A stretch of 50,310 bases of DNA from a virus (Duplodnaviria; Caudoviricetes), in IMG/VR virus record IMGVR_UViG_3300024331_000001, positions 1-50,310 of that record, one strand, 5' to 3'. Made by a program: the position numbers and the translations under genes. This document shows positions 25,988 through 34,992 of this stretch, one piece after another. How positions within the stretch are numbered: position 1 is the stretch's first letter; each line of letters begins with the position of its first letter. The notes beneath the pieces are model-generated. The model was given only the letters and a program-made list of their open reading frames with translations. It ran no database searches and was not told the origin of the DNA.

Positions 25988-26284
25988 TTAGATTGTACCA
26001 TTTTCTGCTTCTTTTTTGTCTTCGTAAGGCATGACAAATTTAATGAAGAAAACCTGCCACGCCAGAAGTAGTGCTTTCAACTGAGCAAACTTAAATGTCA
26101 GAACGTACTTCAGCGCCTTCAATAGAACCTGGCCAAATAACCGATCGGCTGTTGTCCATCGCGGTGAGAGACGCCACGCATGAACCAACGGCCAGTATTC
26201 CATAAAGCAGTGGTCTCCTGGCTCCCATTTGGTCAATAGATCAAGCAAAGCATCGTGTCGTCTCTCTATTGTAGTGAACGGCAT
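25988..26284 (-). CDS. Hypothetical protein
   Basis: 98 aa, ends PYEDKKEAENG. Confidence 0.65.
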   Translation of the reverse strand: MPFTTIERRHDALLDLLTKWEPGDHCFMEYWPLVHAWRLSPRWTTADRLFGQVLLKALKYVLTFKFAQLKALLLAWQVFFIKFVMPYEDKKEAENGTI

Positions 26285-26661
26285 TATAGTTCTCCCTTTA
26301 AATTATTTACGTCTTCTTGAGTGCAAGGATCGCCGCCCGGCTCGTAAACGATATCCGTGTACCCAGCCTGTTCCAGCATATTTACCATCTTCCATCCAGC
26401 GTCTACGTTAGCCGTATGAATGCGCACTTTACTAGGACGATTGTCAACGTCTAACAGACAGAGTACATGGCAGACCGGCATAAATGTCTCTTTGTACGTA
26501 CGAATGTCTCCACCGCGGATGAAGCAAATGTCGTGGTCAAGGCTGATCTCGTCTACACGACCATTAAACAGGTGATTAACAGCGTCAGTAATGGTTCGAG
26601 CGAGCTTCCAACCTTCTGGACAGCGCCGCAAATCGTCTACGTATAAACGCATTCCGCTCAT
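26284..26661 (-). CDS. Cyclic-phosphate-processing receiver-like domain protein
   Basis: RLYVDDLR...W...ISLDHD...IHTAN pattern. Confidence 0.7.
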   Translation of the reverse strand: MSGMRLYVDDLRRCPEGWKLARTITDAVNHLFNGRVDEISLDHDICFIRGGDIRTYKETFMPVCHVLCLLDVDNRPSKVRIHTANVDAGWKMVNMLEQAGYTDIVYEPGGDPCTQEDVNNLKGEL

Positions 26662-26764
26662 TCGTCGTCCTCCATAGATGTTTCAACCGGCTCTAGGTGT
26701 TCTTGATAAGCTTCAAAACCATCGAAAATAATCTTGCAATACATACAAAATACATCCGGCGGCA

Positions 26765-27205
26765 TTATTTAAGCTTCCTTTTCACCCATCGTAGCGCTGT
26801 TAGTTGAGTAGGGCAGATTTTTGTCGCTAAGATCGTGGTAAAATTCGTGTGATGTTTATCATACATTCTCGGTGCGACGAGTACGATAGGTCGCCGTAAT
26901 TTATAGTACGCTCTACCCATTTCCCAGGCGCTGCCAGAAGAAGACTTGTCACCGGTTAGATGCACCAACATTCGACATTTGTCAAGGTTTCTAAAGTCTT
27001 TACGCACGAAAAAAGCCATCTTCGCCCGCGTCATCGCGGTATCAATAACGGCGTTAGGGTTTATCACTTCGTCGCCGGCTGGATCATAGTATGTAAGCCC
27101 AAGACTCTTGCATATTTTCTTCGCTTGATGACGTTCGTCTAGTACATCTCGTCCTAATCGACCATTCATACTACCAGCGAGATAAACATCGTATTTTAAT
27201 TTCAT
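26765..27205 (-). CDS. Nucleoside 2-deoxyribosyltransferase / nucleotide hydrolase-like protein
   Basis: VYLAGSM N-terminus, KDFRNLDKC, SSGSAWEMGRAY with the catalytic-type Glu. Confidence 0.7.
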   Translation of the reverse strand: MKLKYDVYLAGSMNGRLGRDVLDERHQAKKICKSLGLTYYDPAGDEVINPNAVIDTAMTRAKMAFFVRKDFRNLDKCRMLVHLTGDKSSSGSAWEMGRAYYKLRRPIVLVAPRMYDKHHTNFTTILATKICPTQLTALRWVKRKLK

Positions 27206-27302
27206 GATAGAAGCTTCTTCAAACACGCAGCCACGAAGGCATAAAGATATTTATATGACAATCCTACCATGAGGGAACAAATCACGTTGACTAGTGTATC
27301 AT

Positions 27303-27524
27303 TCATGAGTCGCCTCCTGCCGGATAGAAGCTCTGGCCTTCTTCCGGCGGTTCACCATTGGGAAAGTCGTAGCACGCACGATGAACGATCTCTACGCACA
27401 CTCTAGGCTCTTCAATAGCATAGTGTATATCGCTGGGTACATTGTGGTACACGGAAAGCATGATAGCCACGATTTTGTCGTTGTCTTTGAAAGGATAATC
27501 ACAAACCGCACAGAATCGTTCCAT
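27303..27524 (-). CDS. Small zinc-binding hypothetical protein
   Basis: CAVC...HRAC; GGAG RBS. Confidence 0.55.
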   Translation of the reverse strand: MERFCAVCDYPFKDNDKIVAIMLSVYHNVPSDIHYAIEEPRVCVEIVHRACYDFPNGEPPEEGQSFYPAGGDS

Positions 27525-27628
27525 ATTATCTCCCATTCATCCAGCGTGAAAAGTCTACCCAACAGATTTTACAGCAGCCATACCAGCTACGTTTGCCGCA
27601 CCAAAAGCAACGTCTGGCTGTTTCTTTC

Positions 27629-29212
27629 TCAGCCATTGAGTCCTCGCACTGACACTCCACCATTATCAGTATCGATTACGGAGGCGTAGAACGGTTTGGC
27701 CTTCTTCTTAGCAAAGGTACCTTTCACATGCCAAACCATCGAGGTATGCTCTTCCATTTTACGCACAACCATACAAAACTCCGCGGCAGCAGTGATAGCG
27801 CCGCTTCCAGAGATAGTACCCATATTAGGTTCGCCTTGCGGTTCACCGTTGGGGTAAGCCATCTTGTTTTCGTGATGAATGAAGAGAAACGCGCAGCCTA
27901 CTTCATCCCTCAGGGTCTTCAATCGCTCAATTACTTTTTGAATCTCTGTACTATCGTTTTCAGGCGCCGTATGGAACGTTTTAAAACTGTCGATTATCAC
28001 GATATCTGGCATCATTTCTAACAGTGCTGTCTTAAACGCCTGGAAAGAATTGTCCATGTTCAGCCTGATGGTGCTACCCGCGGTCATAATCAGTCGGTTG
28101 TTTAGATCACCTTTCGTCATACCTTTCGCTGCAAGCACACTATTGAACCGGTTTTGCGTGTCGTCTCTCGTGCGCTCTTGCTCGATAAACCATACTTTGC
28201 CGCCCACAACAGGAAACAGGCCAGCCCACATTCCATCGCCTCTGGCGCATTCTACCGCGAGGTCCATACAAAGCCAGGTCTTCAGCGTTTCAGGCAGCCC
28301 ACAGACAAACCCAATAGACTTTCGCGTGATAAACGGTTCAGACAACCACTCAGCCGGTTTGCTTTCTTTGAGAAATTCATCTGCTGATTCATATTTAATC
28401 GAACTGATCGGAGCTTGGCCCGCAGGATACCGCTGCCAGATTTCGGCTATCTTAGCCTTTAGTCCTTCATACGGCTTGCCGTTTTCTAAAGCGTGAGGAT
28501 GCAGCAGCGCGAAGGTATCTTCCTCACTGAAATTGTGATGTCTAAACTTGCCCAGAACCCGGATCAACGTGTTGTGCACGTGACCGTTCTGCATCTCCTT
28601 GATAGCCTCGGCGACGAAGCCTTGCGTGTTGCGCTTTGCTAACCCCGCCAGCAGCTTCTTCTGCTCGATAAATATCGTAGGCAGGGGAGGCAGCAAGCTT
28701 TTCAATATCGGAGACCCAGCCCATAAATACCTCTTGCCGTTGGGATGGAGACTCGGCGGGACCAGCACATAACCTCCCGTTCCCCTGGTATCGACGCCTG
28801 GAGCGAGTTTTTTGGCTTGCCGCGTTACGAGCTTTTGCCCTTCTGGCACGAGATACCATAGTTGCTCTCCATTTCCTGTTATCGTTCTGATGGGCGAAAC
28901 GAGACCCATCTGTCGGCCTGATTCAATACCGATCGGTCCGTCTAAATCTACCACACCTACCCCGTCTCCTGTTCGAACCCCAATGTTGGCGTTAGGCCAT
29001 TTGGTCCACCACTCTCTAATCTGAGCTTCGTTAGTAGTCGCATCAGAGAGCCCGTTAGACGTTCTAGGATGCTTTCCTTTGCTGTGCTTGTCTCCGTTCG
29101 GCAGGAAGTCTGCGGCTCCATGAGAGCACGAACAGACTCCAGGCGCCACTGGCTCCCAGACCGGGAAGACAGGCAATCCAGATTGAGCGTATTTTAACGC
29201 GTGTTCCATCAT
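27629..29212 (-). CDS. Bifunctional primase-polymerase fused to a RecA/AAA-type helicase
   Basis: KHP, WPNANIGVRTG, VVDLD, DTRGTGGYVLVPPS; Walker A-like GLPETLKT, Walker B IVIIDS, FIHH. Confidence 0.88.
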   Translation of the reverse strand: MMEHALKYAQSGLPVFPVWEPVAPGVCSCSHGAADFLPNGDKHSKGKHPRTSNGLSDATTNEAQIREWWTKWPNANIGVRTGDGVGVVDLDGPIGIESGRQMGLVSPIRTITGNGEQLWYLVPEGQKLVTRQAKKLAPGVDTRGTGGYVLVPPSLHPNGKRYLWAGSPILKSLLPPLPTIFIEQKKLLAGLAKRNTQGFVAEAIKEMQNGHVHNTLIRVLGKFRHHNFSEEDTFALLHPHALENGKPYEGLKAKIAEIWQRYPAGQAPISSIKYESADEFLKESKPAEWLSEPFITRKSIGFVCGLPETLKTWLCMDLAVECARGDGMWAGLFPVVGGKVWFIEQERTRDDTQNRFNSVLAAKGMTKGDLNNRLIMTAGSTIRLNMDNSFQAFKTALLEMMPDIVIIDSFKTFHTAPENDSTEIQKVIERLKTLRDEVGCAFLFIHHENKMAYPNGEPQGEPNMGTISGSGAITAAAEFCMVVRKMEEHTSMVWHVKGTFAKKKAKPFYASVIDTDNGGVSVRGLNG

Positions 29213-29415
29213 TAGGCGCCCAGTTTTGTTGGGATCGATCCACCGTTTTTCAAGCAGATTTCAACCAAACGCTGCTTCGCGGCCATCTTCGCCTTATTGA
29301 TCTGGCCAAGGGTTTCCAGCTTACGGTTGATCTGTCTAGCCGTTTTTCGTGATAGTCCTATGTAAAATTTAAGTTCTTTAACAGCCTGCTTCTTGGTGGA
29401 CATTGGTTTCTTCAT
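29212..29415 (-). CDS. Small basic hypothetical protein
   Basis: 67 aa, GGAGG RBS. Confidence 0.55.
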   Translation of the reverse strand: MKKPMSTKKQAVKELKFYIGLSRKTARQINRKLETLGQINKAKMAAKQRLVEICLKNGGSIPTKLGA

Positions 29416-29887
29416 GCGCGACCTCCTGATTATTCAGATAATTGGCCAAACCTATTAGCTTATCAACGTTATCTTGACACATTCCGAGCGCTCTATTACA
29501 GCCTTGACACAGCAAACCACGAAAACGCATGGTTTTATGATCGTGATCCATGTGAAGATTAGCGATTCGTCCGCAAGATTTATTGGCGCATCTACCCTCT
29601 TGAAGACAATGGACTGCGGTGTAATCCTGAGAAGTAAATTGCTTACCAAAAGTATTTAGAACGCCTTTCCACTCCTGTTTTCTGGCGCTTTCTTGTATTC
29701 TTGCTATATGTTTTTCACGGTATTGCTTCCAGTGTAGTGTGTGCCACCTTTTGTTAGCGGCGTTCATTTCTGCCCGGTGATTTTTAGCCCATTCTTTTGT
29801 TCGTTGTCTGCTGCATATTTTACAAGCTTTATATTTTGTTCTACCAACCGTCAAAGTATCATGACCTTGTGGGCAAAACCGTTTCAT
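29378..29887 (-). CDS. Second endonuclease VII-domain protein (homing-endonuclease-like)
   Basis: CPQGH/CKIC N-terminus; QEGRCA...MDHDHKTMRFRGLLCQGCNRALG. Confidence 0.8.
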   Translation of the reverse strand: MKRFCPQGHDTLTVGRTKYKACKICSRQRTKEWAKNHRAEMNAANKRWHTLHWKQYREKHIARIQESARKQEWKGVLNTFGKQFTSQDYTAVHCLQEGRCANKSCGRIANLHMDHDHKTMRFRGLLCQGCNRALGMCQDNVDKLIGLANYLNNQEVAHEETNVHQEAGC

Positions 29888-29948
29888 AGTTTGAACACCT
29901 TTGTCGCCGCCCACATTGCCGCGAGTACTAGACACAGCAGAATTTCAG

Positions 29949-30587
29949 TCATTGTGCCTCCATAATTTTGGCCAGTCTAGCTTCGTCATCAAAGTCTGCC
30001 CTGAGTCTTAAAAACTCATTGAGCGGTCGCTTGCCCAATTTAAACGTCTTTGTTGTAACCTTGAATCTCGGCTTATCTTTGCTCGTACAGACGATCATCC
30101 CTTGCGCGAGTTCGATTCCCGTTTGCTCCTTATAGGCTTGAGCGTAAGCAACTAACTGTAAGTCCATGTCTGGGTATATCTTACTGCTCGTCTTCCAGTC
30201 GTAGAGCATCGGCTTCTTTTCATACGTTCCTACCGCGTCTAACGTTCCTGAGTAGTAGTGTTGACGACTTATGACCTTCAGTTCTGTGCTATGGATTTCT
30301 CCCTCCACGTCTTCTGCCCATTGAATCCAGGACTTCATCATCCCTTCGACGCGCTTCTGCATATTTGGAGAGAGACTACAATCTACTAAGAAACAACCAT
30401 CATCTAAATACTCTTCTATGCACCGGTGAAACTCCGTTCCTATCTTGTTTGCTAGCTCCGTCTTGCGCTCGGCTAGATACCCCCACTTTTCACGCCAAGT
30501 CACAAGCCACGGCTTTTCTTTCGAACCAGTTATGGTAGAGACTGATGGGTACCATATACCATCGAGAAACGTTTCTGAATGTGGCAT
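29949..30587 (-). CDS. PD-(D/E)XK exonuclease
   Basis: YPSVSTI, GTEFH, E...GTLD...YDWKTS, QLVAYA. Confidence 0.85.
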   Translation of the reverse strand: MPHSETFLDGIWYPSVSTITGSKEKPWLVTWREKWGYLAERKTELANKIGTEFHRCIEEYLDDGCFLVDCSLSPNMQKRVEGMMKSWIQWAEDVEGEIHSTELKVISRQHYYSGTLDAVGTYEKKPMLYDWKTSSKIYPDMDLQLVAYAQAYKEQTGIELAQGMIVCTSKDKPRFKVTTKTFKLGKRPLNEFLRLRADFDDEARLAKIMEAQ

Positions 30588-30944
30588 TTAGTCCTTATTA
30601 ACCCATCCAAGGCCGTGCTCAGCGATTTGATCCACAAGAACCAAATAGCTTTCAAGCGTGCCGCCTTGATTGAACTGAAGACCCGCCATACTTTGAAGCG
30701 CAGCCTGCCAAACGCCTGACCGGCGAATACGCTTGCCTGTCTCAACGTCCCGCTCTTCTTTGTTAGACCAGTAACTTTCCTTGTCAGCAGCTTTCTCTTT
30801 AGGCGTCGTCTGTTTAGGAGCAGCTTTAGGAGCAACAACTTTGGGACTTTCAACTACTGGCGCTTCGGTAGCTGCACCTACCCCTAAGATAGGAGCTTCT
30901 GCAACCGCGGTCGCTCCATTTGTGCCTGGTTTTTTCAATGCCAT
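30588..30944 (-). CDS. Hypothetical protein of the recombination cluster
   Basis: 118 aa, GAGGAGG RBS. Confidence 0.7.
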   Translation of the reverse strand: MALKKPGTNGATAVAEAPILGVGAATEAPVVESPKVVAPKAAPKQTTPKEKAADKESYWSNKEERDVETGKRIRRSGVWQAALQSMAGLQFNQGGTLESYLVLVDQIAEHGLGWVNKD

Positions 30945-30945
30945 C

Positions 30946-31296
30946 TTAGGCCTCCTCGACGTCGTAGTTCTGCGGACATTTACCGAACCTGTTTTTCTTA
31001 CCGTCTTCTAACCGCGTTATTGTGTACACATTGCCAGGCGCAGCTTGAGCCAACTGGATGGCTAAACGTGTAGACGGAATGACTTCAACTTCAGTTCCTT
31101 CTTCCGGCGGGTCAATCTCAACTTTACCCTTTACGAATAGACAATTAGCGTCCAATGCCTTGAACTTATAGACAGCCTTGTCGCCGTTGCCGAAGTCCTG
31201 ATTTCTCTTTCCTACGAGCTCACCCTTAAACATCTGTCCGACCTCCGCGAGCTTCACGGAAGGAGGGAAGTTATTGGAGCTTAGTTTTTTACCCAT
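30946..31296 (-). CDS. Possible single-stranded DNA-binding (OB-fold-like) protein
   Basis: 116 aa, beta-rich, acidic end, next to the exonuclease; function inferred from context. Confidence 0.45.
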   Translation of the reverse strand: MGKKLSSNNFPPSVKLAEVGQMFKGELVGKRNQDFGNGDKAVYKFKALDANCLFVKGKVEIDPPEEGTEVEVIPSTRLAIQLAQAAPGNVYTITRLEDGKKNRFGKCPQNYDVEEA

Positions 31297-31306
31297 GTGT
31301 CCTCCT

Positions 31307-31825
31307 TTAGATTCTTACGCTGACGAGCCCGTGAATGTCTTTGCGTGGGCCAATCATTTCGTAACCGACCGTCAGGCGTAAGTTGTGCCAAACTGTGTAT
31401 GATACTGTAAGCGGTAAACCAAGACTATCAACTTTGAGTCTGTCGAAACTGAACGCAAAACCGGCGTCTAGCTTTTTCCAATAGAAGAAGTCTAATCCGA
31501 TATAGTCGTTCACTTGCCGAGAATAACCTATTCCTATGTAAGGAATCGCTTCAAATCCCCATTGTGGTACTCTGACGCGCACAGTGCCATTGGTCAACAG
31601 TTCAATGCTGGTCGGGCGATCGGGGAGCGTTGTAACCGTTGTTCCGTTCTTTGTGGCTACGATAATTGTACGCTTTAAGGGATTGACGATAATCTTCTCT
31701 TTAACGTCGGGTGAAAGATTGGGATTAGCTATCGCAGTATCTCGCTTTTTCTGGCACGATCGCAGAGTAAAGAGCGCTACGATGATAGCCCCAATGATGC
31801 TCGCCATTATTAGGTATTTCTTCAT
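31307..31825 (-). CDS. Membrane-anchored protein with amphipathic beta-strand C-terminus
   Basis: N-terminal TM followed by SC; alternating-pattern strands ending GLVSVRI. Confidence 0.6.
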   Translation of the reverse strand: MKKYLIMASIIGAIIVALFTLRSCQKKRDTAIANPNLSPDVKEKIIVNPLKRTIIVATKNGTTVTTLPDRPTSIELLTNGTVRVRVPQWGFEAIPYIGIGYSRQVNDYIGLDFFYWKKLDAGFAFSFDRLKVDSLGLPLTVSYTVWHNLRLTVGYEMIGPRKDIHGLVSVRI

Positions 31826-32142
31826 TAAACTCTCCCTTTCGCTATTGCCTGCTTACAGTATTTCCGCACAAACTCGATTGCCTCGTCAAGCATCTTCTGC
31901 GTCCTTAGTTCATCCATTTCAAGAACAAGAGCCGCTTCTTCCAGTGATTTCTCGTCCCGCACTACCAAGAGATAAACTTCTTTGCGGCATCCCTGGAGCT
32001 TTTCTATCGCTTCCCCCATAATTCGATGGGGCGTAGCATATTCTGGTTTCTTATTCTTCACTTGCGCGACGAGCCATTCGAGCTGCCTTTCGGCGTAACT
32101 TCGCGGCCTTCTTATTATGCCAAAACACGTCTCGACGAGCAT
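31825..32142 (-). CDS. Stand-alone sigma-70/ECF region-4-like HTH protein
   Basis: AIEKL...RKEVYLL...KSLEEAALVL...TQKMLDEA follows the region 4 pattern; no region 2. Confidence 0.6.
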   Translation of the reverse strand: MLVETCFGIIRRPRSYAERQLEWLVAQVKNKKPEYATPHRIMGEAIEKLQGCRKEVYLLVVRDEKSLEEAALVLEMDELRTQKMLDEAIEFVRKYCKQAIAKGRV

Positions 32143-32174
32143 GCTTACGCGACATTCGTGAAGACGTATCTTTC

Positions 32175-32564
32175 TTAGTGGGATAGCTTTTGAACATGTT
32201 TAGTTCCCTTCTTAATCTCAGGAAACGGCGTACGAATAACCCACACCGATGAACTGTGTGGCTTTATATTTTTCTCTTGAGCCAACGTGTACACGAATAC
32301 ATCCACAGTATTACGTAAGCGAGGATGAGTGCAATCATTGACAATCCTATACCCAACGCCAGGAACAAGTAACACGTCACGATAGCGAACTTTTCCAGAA
32401 GCCAGCAAGTCTTGGCTAACAGCTGCTCCCAACATCGAGACGTTTTCATCAATAGATGTCGTACATCCATACCGCCCCCTACATTCTGGCTTCGTCTGTT
32501 CTGGAACCGGCCTATACGCGGTCACCATGGTAAAGCTACTAATGAGTATCGCTTCGATCATCAT
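32175..32564 (-). CDS. 3D-domain (peptidoglycan-related) protein
   Basis: VTAY, AAVSQDLL, IVNDC, TVDVFV motifs. Confidence 0.7.
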   Translation of the reverse strand: MMIEAILISSFTMVTAYRPVPEQTKPECRGRYGCTTSIDENVSMLGAAVSQDLLASGKVRYRDVLLVPGVGYRIVNDCTHPRLRNTVDVFVYTLAQEKNIKPHSSSVWVIRTPFPEIKKGTKHVQKLSH

Positions 32565-32573
32565 TTTAGCCTC

Positions 32574-32801
32574 CTAGTCTCCTGGCATGAACGCGTCGCG
32601 CTTTGGCACGAACTCATCTTTCTCGTAGAATCCTACTTCAACGTAGCCTCGTCCTTCACACTCTTCACAGTTGTGCCAGTCATCATATTCTTCGCAGTTG
32701 CGAGAAGCATCATACCCACCTTCTCCCCCGCATCCCATACACATTTCATATTCTACCATCTCGCCTGAGTCATCGTCTTTGATTTTAAACGTTTCGCTCA
32801 T
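32574..32801 (-). CDS. Acidic protein with DnaJ-type CxxCxGxG motifs
   Basis: CMGCGGEG and CEECEGRG. Confidence 0.6.
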   Translation of the reverse strand: MSETFKIKDDDSGEMVEYEMCMGCGGEGGYDASRNCEEYDDWHNCEECEGRGYVEVGFYEKDEFVPKRDAFMPGD

Positions 32802-32802
32802 T

Positions 32803-32952
32803 TTAGCACCCCGATCCGCAGTCATGGTAGCGAGCAAAGAACAAATTGCCGCAGTTTCTGCACTTCTCCCACATCTCTCCATTGCGTGTCTCGTAGTATT
32901 CCTTAACGTGTTCGCCGTTCGTTGCTGCCGATGACGTGCAGAGATCATCCAT
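32803..32952 (-). CDS. Small Cys-rich protein
   Basis: MDDLC...CRNC; 49 aa. Confidence 0.45.
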   Translation of the reverse strand: MDDLCTSSAATNGEHVKEYYETRNGEMWEKCRNCGNLFFARYHDCGSGC

Positions 32953-32968
32953 TTTATAATCCTTTTGA

Positions 32969-33448
32969 CTACCGGGATAACAGCTGAAGCTTCTTTTCAA
33001 GCTCATCGATGCGGCGTTCTTCATAGCTTTTGCCAAGCTTAAAGACAACACGAGCACCAAACATGAAGTTTGTACCATCGCCAATTACGTCCTGGTTGTT
33101 CTTGCGGCTTGGTAGATAGATATTGAACGCCTGTATTTGAACGTATTTGCCATCATAAAGACGAACCGCCGCGTCTAAAGCCAGCTTTGCGGAACGATCT
33201 ACCTGCGCATCAGTACCATTTTTGCCATCTTTACCGTTAGCACCATTTGTTCCATTGGCGCCGTTAGTACCATTGGTACCATTCGAGCCGTTAAGACCGT
33301 TCTGTCCAGTTGGACCCTGCGGACCTTGTGGTCCTTGAGGACCTGTGTTACCACTGCATCCGTTGCCGTTACCATTATCGTTACCACAGTTTGCGGATAC
33401 TACGCCAGCTAAGCTCATTACTGTTAACAAGACGATGAATCTCTTCAT
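32969..33448 (-). CDS. Secreted collagen-like (Gly-X-Y) protein
   Basis: AAGGAG RBS, signal peptide MKRFIVLL...VVSA, repeats GPQ x3 then GxN/GxD triplets. Confidence 0.75.
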   Translation of the reverse strand: MKRFIVLLTVMSLAGVVSANCGNDNGNGNGCSGNTGPQGPQGPQGPTGQNGLNGSNGTNGTNGANGTNGANGKDGKNGTDAQVDRSAKLALDAAVRLYDGKYVQIQAFNIYLPSRKNNQDVIGDGTNFMFGARVVFKLGKSYEERRIDELEKKLQLLSR

Positions 33449-33563
33449 TTTGTCTCCTTTGAAAGGTCTTCTAAAAACGCCTTGCGCTTTTCTATAGCTA
33501 ATTGTTGCTGGAACCACATTCGTTTAAGCTCTTCAACTTCTTCTTTTCTGGTCATATATTCTC

Positions 33564-33860
33564 CTATCCAACCCAGTTAGGTTGCGCTACGCCCACTAAA
33601 TCATGGGGAGCGGTGAAACGTTCAACAGAAGACTCAAACCGTTCAATGACAATTTTGATCGGTTCCTTTTTCGGCGCCACGGGAGTTTCTTTAATTCCAT
33701 GCCCCAACAAGAACGGGCGCAAACGATCTTCTACGCGCGCCACAATAACATCTTTGATTGCTGGGTCCATCGGCTTCCATTGATGCTTAAACGTATTTTT
33801 GTGATCGATGTATCCAAGCACGTCGCCAAATTTCATTCCACAGCGTTCGCAATTTTTCAT
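33564..33860 (-). CDS. Hypothetical protein with C2H2-like N-terminus
   Basis: CERC...H...H. Confidence 0.55.
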   Translation of the reverse strand: MKNCERCGMKFGDVLGYIDHKNTFKHQWKPMDPAIKDVIVARVEDRLRPFLLGHGIKETPVAPKKEPIKIVIERFESSVERFTAPHDLVGVAQPNWVG

Positions 33861-34090
33861 TAGAGTAGTCCTTTCTCTTTCATTCCAACAAGAGTAAGAG
33901 TGACCGGAGCGCTATCACGATGATACACATATCCTGGCACCATAGGTTCAAGAACATCGTACATATGAATTCCACTACCAAAACCGTCTTTCTGAAACCC
34001 AACGTGCCGTACTTTAATGCCAGCTGCGCCGATGATCGCTAGTTCTGTTTCAAGGACTTCTTCTGGAGTTGCTATATTGATCGGTTTCAT
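33860..34090 (-). CDS. Hypothetical protein
   Basis: MKPINIAT start with AAGGAGG RBS. Confidence 0.6.
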   Translation of the reverse strand: MKPINIATPEEVLETELAIIGAAGIKVRHVGFQKDGFGSGIHMYDVLEPMVPGYVYHRDSAPVTLTLVGMKEKGLL

Positions 34091-34101
34091 AGAAGCCTCC
34101 T

Positions 34102-34272
34102 TTAGTGACACGTACAAACGTAGTCGCCGTGGTCGCAAGCTGCGATCTTATTCTTCTGATCCCACGCGTAACACCCTGGTGAACAATAACCTTTAGAGAA
34201 CACGCCGCCAGAGATTAAGGGCAAGCTAACTTCTAACTCTTCTCCGCAAGCTTGACAAAGTATCGTTATCAT
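34102..34272 (-). CDS. Small Cys-rich protein
   Basis: CQAC, CSPGC; GGAGG RBS; first gene after the promoter at 34293-34340. Confidence 0.55.
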   Translation of the reverse strand: MITILCQACGEELEVSLPLISGGVFSKGYCSPGCYAWDQKNKIAACDHGDYVCTCH

Positions 34273-34292
34273 GTGTTTGTCCTCCATGATAT

Positions 34293-34340
34293 ATTATACC
34301 CCCAGAACACCGAAAAGCACATAGGTCAAAAGGCCCTTTT
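34293..34340 (-). promoter_or_regulatory. Sigma70-like promoter with conserved upstream element
   Basis: TATAAT -10; AAAAGGGCCnnnTGACCTAT sits at the same distance from -10 as in the 37952-38000 copy. Confidence 0.65.
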
Positions 34341-34992
34341 AATAGCCAGTCTTCTGGCGCACTAGATTCTCCCGATTCTTGGCTAAATAAACAGTATGAA
34401 TTTTAGATGAATCTAGACCCACTATAATCGACAATTCTAACAAGAAGTGCCACGCGTCTATGATCTCCTCATGAATTTTAGACATATCCAGCGGCTTTCG
34501 CGTCTTTTTCCACGGCTTCCAATTCAATTCCTGAAGCGTCTCCGCGAGCTCTACTATCAAAGCCATGAGATACTCTTTGAAAACGCCGGTTAATTCTGCT
34601 TCATTGGCCGCAAAATGCTCAGGACTATCTGCGTATCTAACGCCTAATTTCTGCATTAAAAAGCGTTGTTTTTCGAACAAATCGGTGAGCTTGTCTACGG
34701 CCCGTCTATTTAGGGCCTGCTCTGACGCGGTAGCCCAACGACAGTTAGATTTTTCATAGTTTCCATTGTTGTCGATTCTATCAAGGGAGTGGGCTGGAGA
34801 CGGCGCTCTTCCCATATCCGCTAGGAAATTCGCGTAAGATTTGAACCATCTATCGCAGACGCTAATGCCTCTTCCCCCATAATCTTTGTACTGCGCATTA
34901 GCAGATACGTAGCAGCGCGTTCTCATACTTCTCCACGCAAGCCATTCTTTGCTTGTTTTACCATCTTTGGTTTCGTTATGTTTGATGTTCAT
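34339..34992 (-). CDS. HNH-like domain fused to dimeric dUTPase/dCTPase (all-alpha NTP pyrophosphatase)
   Basis: N-terminal WRSMRTRC...YGGRGISVCDRW...SLDRIDNNGNY...NCRWAT; C-terminal ELAE...WKPWK...EEIIDAWHF...KNRENLVRQ..GY. Confidence 0.8.
   Translation of the reverse strand: MNIKHNETKDGKTSKEWLAWRSMRTRCYVSANAQYKDYGGRGISVCDRWFKSYANFLADMGRAPSPAHSLDRIDNNGNYEKSNCRWATASEQALNRRAVDKLTDLFEKQRFLMQKLGVRYADSPEHFAANEAELTGVFKEYLMALIVELAETLQELNWKPWKKTRKPLDMSKIHEEIIDAWHFLLELSIIVGLDSSKIHTVYLAKNRENLVRQKTGY

Noticed and set aside
33200-33350. CRISPR array or non-coding tandem repeat
   Set aside because: The 9-nt periodicity is explained by Gly-X-Y codons of the collagen-like gene, and there are no spacers.
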